Below, in pieces: positions 54,129 through 64,000 of a stretch of 64,000 nt of DNA. A program made the translations under genes and the position numbers. Origin of the DNA: the human T2T-CHM13v2.0 reference genome, Homo sapiens; assembly GCF_009914755.1 (NCBI RefSeq), contig NC_060932.1. One strand, given 5' to 3'. Below the pieces are notes generated by a model. The model saw only the letters and a program-made list of their open reading frames with translations. It did not search any database and was not told the DNA's origin. Position 1 is the first letter of the stretch; each line of letters opens with the position of its first letter.

Positions 54129-55889
54129 TTGCTGTGGCCCACATGCCACGTGCTTTCCAGGCATGCTCTCTTGCCTCCCCACAGCAGCGCCATTCTGCAG
54201 GCAGGAAGCTAGAACAGCAAGGCATCCCACAGCTGTTTTAGGAATGAGTGTCACCTGCTCTCAGGCTGTCTCTTGGCACAGCCTCCAAACCACCCCAAGG
54301 GATAGAGATTTATCTGCTTATTACCAAGGAAATCCCCCAGCTTCCTCACAACATATTGCTCTGTTCAACCCACCCCAGGACTCTCTAAGCCTGGACGTGA
54401 CGCCAGGGGGTGCCCAGTGTGAAGGCACCCACGCTCGGATGATTCTGGGGTCATTTTCCTGAAGAGCAGCCCCTACCCAGCGACGTCTCGGAATCAACCC
54501 CCACCTCACTTCGGCCAGCCCCACCTCATCTGGCCTTCCCCAGCCTCCCTCACCGTCTTCAGCAAAACCCTACCCCCTGCCTCACCTCCCCAGCCTGCCC
54601 TGGGGGGCCGCTCTCTCCCACTCCTTCCTTATTAGCGTGTATGAAAAGAAAAGGAATTTCTTTTGCAGTTTATCCTCTGAACAGCCTCCGAAAAGAGTTG
54701 AAGGACACGCTGCAAAGTGTGAAAAAAACAGGGCCTGAGCTTGCCAAGAGGGCCAAGTGGTTACTTTAATCATGTGGAACAGCCACTTTTTCATGGAAAA
54801 TTTTCTACTCCAACACCTGTGGCCATTAAAGGCGCCCTCGGCTCTTTTCTACCCTGGGTCCCAGGGGTCACTCTCCAGCCAAGGCTGGCTGCCAGCTCTG
54901 GTCATTACTCCTGTGCCCCTCCTCTCTGCCTTCCTCAGCCCTTCCCAGCCCAGCCTTGCTTTGCCCCAGGCCTGCTGGGTGCAGGCATGCAGTCCTGCCT
55001 GGCTTCCCTTGCCTCTCTGCAGTTTCTGAAATGAATAATTTAGTGACACCAGGTTCCCCTCCTCCTGCACTGGTTGCTTCTGAGGCTTCTTGGGACAGGT
55101 CTGTCCTGTCCCTCTGCCACCTCTGACTCTCTGCTTCCTCCAGAATCTTCCTTAGGCAGGCTCACTTCCCTGGACCCTGGAGATGCTCCAGTGCCTTCCG
55201 TCCCCCAGGCTGAAGTGCCTTGTGCCTCCTCTCAACTCAGAGACAGGGAAGCCCAGGAGAAACAGCTCCACCAGCCCTCTTTTGATCCGCTGTTCCTCTG
55301 CATGCCCAGTTTTTGTTTTCAGATTGTGTATGCTGATTTGGGTTTGCAATTGATCATCAATGTGCTTGGGATAGCGTACAGCCCCCTCCCCACCATTCTT
55401 TGGTGAATAACTAGGATGCAGAGGGGTGAATAGATTTCCCTAAAGTTCCCCAGTGTCTGCCAAGACAGGGAAGGACAGGGAATAGACTGTGGAAGCCAGA
55501 CCTCCTGAACAACTTGCCCCAGCTTTCTCTCCCCATCTCCTTATTTGCTCCATGGCCCACCCAACCTTGCCTCCCCCATCACACTGCAGACACAGCTCTT
55601 ACTCAGGCCACTAGTGAGCCACCATCACCTCCACACTCTAACGTTACCACGTGATATAGCAGGTGATGAAAGTGGAAACCAAAAAAAAAGAGGACCAGCA
55701 AAAAAAAAAAAAAAAGGAAGAGGTGGTTTGCAACAGACACCTAGCGAGTTAGCAGTAAAGCCAGAACTGGAACCCTGGTCTCTAGGTTCCTTCCCCAAGG
55801 ATCCTTGCTCTGTAACAAGTTGTCTCCTGGGATGGCAAGGGTGAATCTCCCCAATCACAGAGATCCTCCTGCAATAAAAGCTGCATTAA

Positions 55890-56090
55890 TTTACCAAAAT
55901 AATATTAACACAGCAGAATAGAGTTGGAGGATTCACACTTCCCAGTTTTAAAACTTACTCCAACCCTGCGGTCTTTACAACACCGCAGCAGTGGTATACG
56001 GATAAGCATACAGACCAGTGTAACAGAACTAAACCAGAATAAGCCAGACATAAACCCATACACCCATGGCCAATTGATTTTCAACAAAGC
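55890..56090 (+). mobile_element. L1M ORF2 fragment
   Basis: agttggaggattcacacttccc...ataaacccatacacccatggccaattgattttcaacaaag. Confidence 0.8.
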
Positions 56091-56202
56091 AGAGTCATAA
56101 AACACATGTACTGCATAAATGGAAATTATGAACTGGCTGAACCCCAGAGGCCAGTCTAGCTGGCTGAGATTTTCCTCCTAACCACATACATCCCTGCCTC
56201 CA

Positions 56203-56327
56203 AGGGACGTGGTGGCTCATGCCTTTAATCCTAGCACTTTGGGAAGCCGAGGCAGGTGGATCACCTGAAGTTAGGAGTTCAAGACCAGCCTGGCCAACAT
56301 GGTGAAACACCATCTCTACTTAAAATA
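56203..56327 (+). mobile_element. Alu left arm only
   Basis: ggtggctcatgcctttaatcc...catctctacttaaaata. Confidence 0.88.
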
Positions 56328-57089
56328 GAGATTTCTAGTAGCTTCGCCACTGCTGGGGTCACAGGCTGGGGTGTGGTGGGATGAGAAGGAGGCTGTCCCA
56401 AGACACTGATCCTCTGGGATTGCAGACAAAGTGCCTGTTGGCTGGCAGAGGACAGTTAGGAGGATAGGGCTGAAAGGCTGCAGCATTTTGTTAGGAGGAC
56501 CTGAGAACAAAGCCTGGGCCCAAACTGGACATGAGGAGCTTCACCACCCAGGTCCCTCGTGGGGCTCAGGCATTGGTAGTATTCATAGAGATGTCTGTGA
56601 TGATGGAGGCAGGAAGTAGGTGGCATTGGATGGACCAGACAGGTGGATTATGAAAGGAAGAATCAGGGCCCTGACGTGGGCCAGGTGCGAATGGAAGGAT
56701 GGGAGGTTGGACTTGAGAACAAACAGCATCATGGATGCCTGGAAGAACCTTGGAAAGTCATGTCCATGCATCCAGCCAGCTTGGGTAGACAGGGCTGGTG
56801 CCTCACCCTAAACCACCAGCCAAGTAATCACCAAGTTCACTGGATTATTCTTCTGCACTGGGTCCGAAGGTTGACCCCTCTGATCCCTCCCTCCCGTGTC
56901 CTTTAAAACTGTGTTTTTAGGGCCCATTACATCCTACTATAGACATCTGGGTTCATGTCTAAATTTCCTGCTGAGTCTAAGCCCCTTTTGGCCGGGATGA
57001 GTCTGACTCATCATTGTTTTCTGCCACTAAGCCTGGTACAGTGCCTTATTCTGAGAAGGAGCTCGTGAGTTGTCCATTGCATGCATGAC

Positions 57090-57625
57090 CATAGGACACA
57101 TGTTTTGTCTGCCAACAAGCTTTCACTGGGGGAAACACAGTCCAACCTCATGCAGTTCCCATGGAGGCACTAAGCACAAAAGCCTCAGGGATGACATCCA
57201 ACCTAGACTGGTCCAATTCCAGTTGTTTATACCCCCAACCCCAATTCATAGTGATTGGTTCAGATGTGGGCAGGTGACCCGAGCAGAGCCAATCAGAATC
57301 CTCCCACAAGATTTGGCTCATGGAGTCTGGAAGAGCCTGCCTTCCTTTTGGATCTTGAGCTGTGAAGACATGGCCGAGAGGCTCCCATGGTCCTATTTCT
57401 TATTATGTTTGTGAGCCTTTTATGAGAGTCAAGATAGCCACATAAGGTAAGCAAGGGCTGGGTCTGGAGAAAGAAGCAAACAGTTGATGATGTTGTGGGA
57501 CATTTCAGCCTTGCCCAGAGTCCTTATAGCCCAGACTGCTCAGTTTTAGGACCAGGGATTTTTCTCTTTTCCCACTCAGGTTGGCTTGAATTGGGTTTTT
57601 GATCCTCATACCCAAGAGTCTTGGG
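57090..57625. mobile_element. Old MLT1 (J/K-like) LTR
   Basis: gtgattggttcagatgtgggcaggtgacccgagcagagccaatcaga; ttgaattgggttttt. Confidence 0.6.
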
Positions 57626-57937
57626 TCATCAGTGAGAGCACCCTACTTTGAACCCCACCTGGTGGTAGAGGAAATATGGCAAATCTTGGGGAGAACTTGG
57701 TGTGATGCAGCCCTTGTGGTCTGCCATAATCTCAGGTTAATTCAAAAACAGGGCACCTGGGGGAAGCCAAGAAATGCTTAGGAGCTTGGAGTCAACGATA
57801 AGCAAAATGGCTGGAGAAGAGTGATGAAATTAGCCTCAGCTGTTGGCAGTGAGGGGGTGGCAGGGTAGAGATGGGGAGCATAGGAGGGCTGAAAGGGGCA
57901 GGGAGACAGCCTTGACATGCGTGGAAAGTCTAAAAAG

Positions 57938-58119
57938 ACAAAAATTAGCTGGGTGTGTTGGTGAGCACCTGTAATCCCAGCTACTCAGGAGGCTGAGGTA
58001 TGAGAATCACTTGAACCTGGGAGGTGGAGTTTGTAGCGAGCCAAGATCATGCCACTGCACTCTAGCCTGGGTGACAGAATGATAATCCATGTCAAAAAAA
58101 AAAGAAGAAGAAGAAGAAG
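57938..58119 (+). mobile_element. Alu right arm with (GAA)n tail
   Basis: aaaattagctgggtgtg...gcctgggtgacaga...aaaagaagaagaag. Confidence 0.88.
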
Positions 58120-58589
58120 TGAGGAGAGGCTACTATAACCACAGTGTGTGGTCATTATTAGATATTAGATTAGATATGAATTATTAGATGCATCTGGCAT
58201 GCAGAAGATATTTAGGAAACCATAGCTATTGCTACTACCCTTAATTTCTGGATTACACAGAGAAGGGATGCTAATTCCCACTCCTTCCCATGCCAATAAT
58301 TTTGTCTCCTGTTCTGACTGAGAAGGTTGAGGTGTCTGGAATGAGGATTAGCAGATGGTCCCATAAAGAGGGAGTCCTCTGTTTATGGGAGAGTCCCTCC
58401 AGTTCTGCATATGTTTGCTGAACATGCATTGATTGTGTGGCACCCCACCTCGCTGCTGATACATTATTTTAAAATCAAACTCTTTGTTTTGGTATTTAGA
58501 AGCATATCTTTGATTCTCCGTAAACAGTTATGTAACCACTTTTTTCATAGTAAACCATACATAGTTAAGGGCTACATATTTTCAGTCTA

Positions 58590-59400
58590 ATTAAATAAAT
58601 TCAATAGATATTTACTAAGTGCCAACTCTGTGCCAAGGCTGGACCAGGCCCTGCAGCTGGAGATGGAAGATGGTGTTTCCTTGAGAAGATTACCATAAAG
58701 AAGAGAGACGAGAGTCATCACTACAGCACAGGTGTGTTAAAGGGAGAATAGATAGTTTTCGAGTGTTGTGGAAGCATAGGAAGGAGGAATTAATTCCTCT
58801 TGGGGAAAGGGAGGAGGAATAGCAGCAAGGCGGATCTGACATGTAAGGGTGTGAACGCCCCCAAGGAGCAGGGGCATTCTAGACACTGTGGGTAAACTTG
58901 CTGATGGCCTCCTGTGGCTTCCGCTTGGGCTTGGTGGGGAGGAGAGGAGAAAGTAAGGCTGGAGAGGCAGGTGGGCTGGGAATGCTGAGGCTGGAGCTTG
59001 ACAGTAAGAAGCCCTGAAGTGTTTTCATCAGGATTTGAGGTGATGGAGTGGCATTCCGGAAAGATCCCTTAGGCAACAGTGGGAAGAATGAAGCAGAGAG
59101 AGGCAAATTGGGGCTGAAAGAGTAGCAGGGGCTGTTGAAATAGCCCAGAGGAGCTGCAGTGATGGTCTGAGCCAGGGCAGCAGCAGTGGGGATTTCTCGG
59201 GGGCTTTGGACGGAAAATTGACAGGAGGTGGCTGGAGGTCAGACGTGAGGCTCCAGGGCGGTGAGGATGGCTCCCAGGCTTTCCGCTCCAGTGACTTGGG
59301 GAACACAGTTGGAATATTGTGAGCGTTTCATTGACTTCACCAGAGGTGTGTGAGCCCTCTGTCTTCTCCTGAGCCTCAAGAAGTCCGGGAGAGGATGAAA
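58590..59400 (-). mobile_element. L2, decayed
   Basis: attcaatagatatttactaagtgccaactctgtgccaagg... Confidence 0.65.
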
Positions 59401-59806
59401 TAGGGGAGGGAGGGCATGGGAACCAGGCAGGGTAGGAAAAGCCAGGCTGCCTATTGTGGTCAGACCTCACCACTCCCCGATTTCCTGGCAGACACGGAGA
59501 ACAGGGATACCGGGCTGGGCACAGGAGTGGGGCCTCGACAAGCAAGAGAAGCCCCCTCCAGAAGCAGCCCCGGGAGCCGTCCTCTGGGGAAGCAGATGGT
59601 CCAGGAAGCAAGAGGAGGGAACAGGGCCTCATACACAGGTGTCAGAGGATCCTAAGAACATTCTGGACTGGCAGCTTTCTCTGTGGGTTTTCATGGGCTC
59701 AGCGGCTGCCTGGGTGGGACGCTGATCCTGGCTCACTTTCAGGCATCGAGGAGACTGACAATCTCCTCGTCTTATCCACGTTCTCCCTCCAAATTCATTA
59801 AGTTAA

Positions 59807-59808
<2 letters not shown>

Positions 59809-59852
<44 letters not shown>
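59809..59852. repeat. (AC)22 microsatellite
   Basis: Read directly. Confidence 0.95.
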
Positions 59853-59855
<3 letters not shown>

Positions 59856-60373
59856 GACAGTTTCAAATGTGCTAAGCTAGGCAATAGATTTATATATTAT
59901 AAAGAGATTCTATTCTCTAAGAACTAAAAACAATACTATAAATGCTCCAATTACAACTTACTTTTAAACTTAATGTTTGATGATATCCTTTTGTACTTGT
60001 CCTCTCATCGTGCTGGTCTCTGATTTTGTGCCTTTCCTCTGATTTTCCTTCACAGGTGAACACAATCGACCAGCCAAGGTGATTCACACACTTCAGCTTG
60101 AAGCTGATCTGCCACTTGTGTCTTCTTGTCTCTATTGAATTAAGTTCCTGAGACCTAATCCTTCCCATCACTAGTATCGGTGCTTTTATTTTTGTTTTCT
60201 ACTTAGTTGGATAACATAGTGAAGGAAAATGTGCTAATATAATAGAAATAATTGCATTAATAAGCCTGGTAAACAGGCAGAGACAGTGGGAGCCATGGCC
60301 AGAGGCAAGCTGCTGGCAGCCAGGCAGTACCACCATACAAAAGCTCACAAATTTCTTTCAAGAAATGCCATAC

Positions 60374-60711
<338 letters not shown>

Positions 60712-60949
60712 CTATATGACAGCTAAATATATAACAGTGAGGACCATCTGGCTTCAATTTACAGATTTATTTATGTAAAAACTCTCTTCTATTTCTTCAC
60801 CTTAAAGAAACATGAATAAAATATCCAACGCTCTCACTGGTGCAATTCCTGAGAGATTCCTTTGTCGTATTGGGATCTGTCAATGGGTAGATAAGGAGAA
60901 ACAAAGGAAGGGATAGAAGTGACACAGAGAGAGAGAGAGAAGGTAAAAA

Positions 60950-62070
60950 ATAAAGGGAGAAGCAGAAAAAATCTTTTTAAAAACCTATAATTAATATACT
61001 TTGAATGCTAAGGTATTGCCTTAATGAAATGAGACCAGGAAATTGTGAAAAAACAATAACCAGAGAACAAAAAGGAGCTCTTGGAAATAAAAATAAAGCA
61101 GAAAAAAAGGATTTTACAGGGAAAATGGATAAAGGATGAGACATTTAGAATAACGATTTAAGATGTCTAATATCCAATTAATAGAATTTCTAGCAGTGGA
61201 ATAAAGAAGAGATGGGGAAGGGCAGAAATTAGCTAAGAAATAAATGGATTTTTTCTAGAATTGAGGGAGATGAGTTTCCAGATTGACAGAACCTATTGAT
61301 TGTCCAGGACAGTGAATGGGAAAGACACACAGTAAGTAATATTGACGCAAAATTTTCCAACAAGAGGGATAGAGAGAAGTTTCTTAGAGCTCCCCATGAA
61401 AAAATAAGACAGGTCCCATACAAAGCTTCAGGAATCGGATGGTGTCAGATTTCCCAATTACACAAGGTAAGCTGGAAGACAACGGAGCAGTCCTTTTAAA
61501 ACACTAAGAAAAAATAATTTCCAACCCAGAATTCAGTACCTTACCAAATAAAAAATGTACCCTTTCTCAGGAAGGCACTGAAGAAGGTGTTCCAGCAAGA
61601 CAAAGGAGTAAATGTAAAAAGTAGAGGCCACAAGCTCTAGGAAACAGGCTTACAGAAAGTTTTAGTCCCAGAATAATCACTGATTACTATTTTACTTAAA
61701 TATCATCATGATAATGGAAGGATGAGGGAGAAACTGTAAAGGGGAGTGCAGTGTAACATTTTTAAGTTCTCTTTTGCCATTTGAAGAAGCCATGAGACGA
61801 TGCCTAAAATTGGTAAGTGATGACATAGCCACATAAGCAAATTATTCAGAAATATACAGGCAAATACCAGAAGCAGCAGCTGGGAATTGATGCTGGTTTG
61901 GTTGCCTCTGGTGAGCAGGACTGGGCAGAGAAGGGGCTGGGAGGACAATTGGGAGGTGGTAGGCAGGAAACCAGTTTCTAGTTGTTGCTGTTACATATTC
62001 TTTTAATATGAATTGATTTAAAGTACAAAAACTATGCGCACATATTACTTTGATAAAAAATTTTTAAAGA
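60950..62070 (+). mobile_element. HAL1 / L1ME-like ancient LINE
   Basis: gagaacaaaaaggagctcttggaaat; catacaaagcttcaggaatcggatgg; ends attactttgataaaaaa. Confidence 0.6.
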
Positions 62071-63294
62071 AATTTCTGTGAAAATCAATGAACCAAGTAC
62101 ACCTGTGAGCCATTACTAATATGGTCACCCAAGCATCATCCAAGTGGCGTGGACAGAGTGGGGGGTCATATGTAATTTCTGCCTATCCCGACACCACCCT
62201 CCCCCTACACCTTCCTTCCCAACTCCCCACTCCCACCTCTGCACGATGCCCATCCCACCCACTCTCGGGCTGCACCCGGAGGCTCAGCACCCCCTCAGTG
62301 CTGGATCTGGCAGGACCACCCCTCCCCCGCCCTGCCTGTGGCTGCTGGAATCCCTGTCGCCCTGGGACTCAGCTGACAGCGGACGGACAATGGTATTTCC
62401 CATCAGCCTGGATATCAGGAGCCGGCCTTATCCAGTGGTGTTTTTCTATTAGTCTAACACCCCATTGTCCACTCCTTATCACTAAAATGTTGATGTCATG
62501 CCTGGCTTGGAAGTGGTTTCTGCTGCTCGGCCCTGGGACAGCTTCACTTTAATTGGGGGTGTGGGAGGAAGAGGGGTGGAGAAGCCCATTTATCAGAATT
62601 CTCATGAGAATTCACCCCGTTCCTCCTTTCAGTCAGGGCCACGGAGGAGGCTTGGTGGGGAGGGTTCCTAGTTGCGATTCCTGGCCTTTCTCTCTTCCCT
62701 AAGTAGGTGCACTGGGTCTCAGCCCCACTGGCCACCCTCAGGGCTGAAATATCGAGGTGGGTGCAAGGATGGGGGGACACTTTCATCCCACCATGCTTTG
62801 GGCTGGGGATTTCGGGGACCTGCTTTATCCTTTTGGTAGATGGAGAGCTCTGGGTGGGTGGGACACGACTTTTCCTTCTCTGAATCTTCTGCAGCTCCTG
62901 ACGGCCCCACCAGAGACCGCTCTTAGTAGGAGCTCCATAGATATGTGAGGGGCTAATGCGAATGGCAGCCAGCTGGAAGGTCCAGTCTGAGAACAGATAG
63001 AAAATGTGAGGCCCGTCTTCATCTCCATTCTCCTGAACCCCACCGAATTGCATCAGCTCTTAAGGGAAGTCTTAGAAATACACTCTGTGCCTTCCCCATG
63101 TGCCCTGTCCTTCTGTCCCTCTCTGATTCTGTTTGTTCATAGTGGAGGTTAGCGCACAGGGAGACAGCATGTATGTCTGATGCACATGCATGTGCGAATG
63201 TGTGTGTGTGTTAGAGGTGCAGGTGGTGTACAGCCCCCCAGGGAATCTGGTTAAGAGAGGATGCAGTTCACTCTGGAGTGGGGTAGGCTCGGCT

Positions 63295-63468
63295 GTGGTT
63301 TGCTCAGGCAAATTGCTTCACTTTTCCAAGACCCAGCTTCCTTGTCTGTTAAACAGGTACCACAAGGCAGCTTCCCAGGGGCTTGCAGTGAAGGCTGAAA
63401 TGAAACGATTGAGGTGCTTAGCATGCTGCCTGGCACATAGTAGGCATGCAGGAAATGGCAGTTATTAC
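63295..63468 (+). mobile_element. MIR
   Basis: ggcaaattgcttcac...gtgaaggctgaaatga...gtgcttagcatgctgcctggcacatagtaggc. Confidence 0.8.
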
Positions 63469-64000
63469 TGGTATAGCTTTCTGTGGGCTTTGACCAAAAG
63501 CCTAGTCTGGGAACTGGCAAGCACAGCAGAGTGCCATGCTCCTGGCACTCTTCCTTGGAGAGCTGGGACAGGGAGGCTGAGTTCCCCTCTGGCTGGGCCA
63601 GCCTGTGTGGAAAAAGCAAGCTTGCTGGGCCTCAAGTTCTTGCCTCAAGTTTAAAAAGCAAATAAGTGCATACCATAAGCATTTGGAGGCTGCGGTTTTC
63701 TATGGAGTCAGCATGTATAGACCATGAGTGTATTCTGGAGTGCTCCTGATGGAATGCAATTTGGGACACAGATGGCAAGCGCACAGACGGCAAATGCATC
63801 TTGAAGGTGCATGTTGCCTGTGCAAAGTGGCCACCCCACGGTAATCTAATTTAACACACACACAAACTCCGCGAGCAGGTTCTGTTCTCTGCAAGAGGGT
63901 GAGAGGCTCAAGACCAGTTCTACGACACATAGAATGTGGCCGTGCTCTCGAGCCAACCAGCTCCAGCCCCCTGCCCCATGTCTTACAGAGGAGCTGCTTA

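Noticed and set aside
59069-59632. 187-aa minus-strand ORF
   Set aside because: Overlaps decayed L2 sequence; low-complexity product without recognisable homology

Overview
This is primate, most likely human, non-coding genomic DNA. AluY/S/J, FAM/FRAM, L1PB/L1MA/L1MB, MST/MLT LTRs, MIR, L2, MER5/20/53 and MADE1 are recognisable by eye. The window opens in the tail of a CpG island (1-~1120) and then runs as repeat-rich intergenic or intronic sequence. I can support no protein-coding gene, structural RNA gene, processed pseudogene or CRISPR-like system, and the ORF track is almost all Alu/L1/simple-repeat noise. I found no convincing new biological system. The best leads are regulatory or mutational: a dense GATA + T-box motif cluster (18.76-19.2 kb), a palindromic double-GATA site at the island edge, a triple D-box made by micro-duplication, a TCF/SOX/GATA block behind a G-quadruplex, a ~65-bp dispersed duplication, a fold-back junction between two opposed L1s, a trimeric Alu inside one TSD pair, and one 351-codon ORF. 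The motif content suggests the flank of a developmental transcription-factor gene, but I cannot identify the locus without a BLAT search. Repeat subfamily calls come from remembered consensus diagnostics, and boundaries without a stated TSD are approximate.
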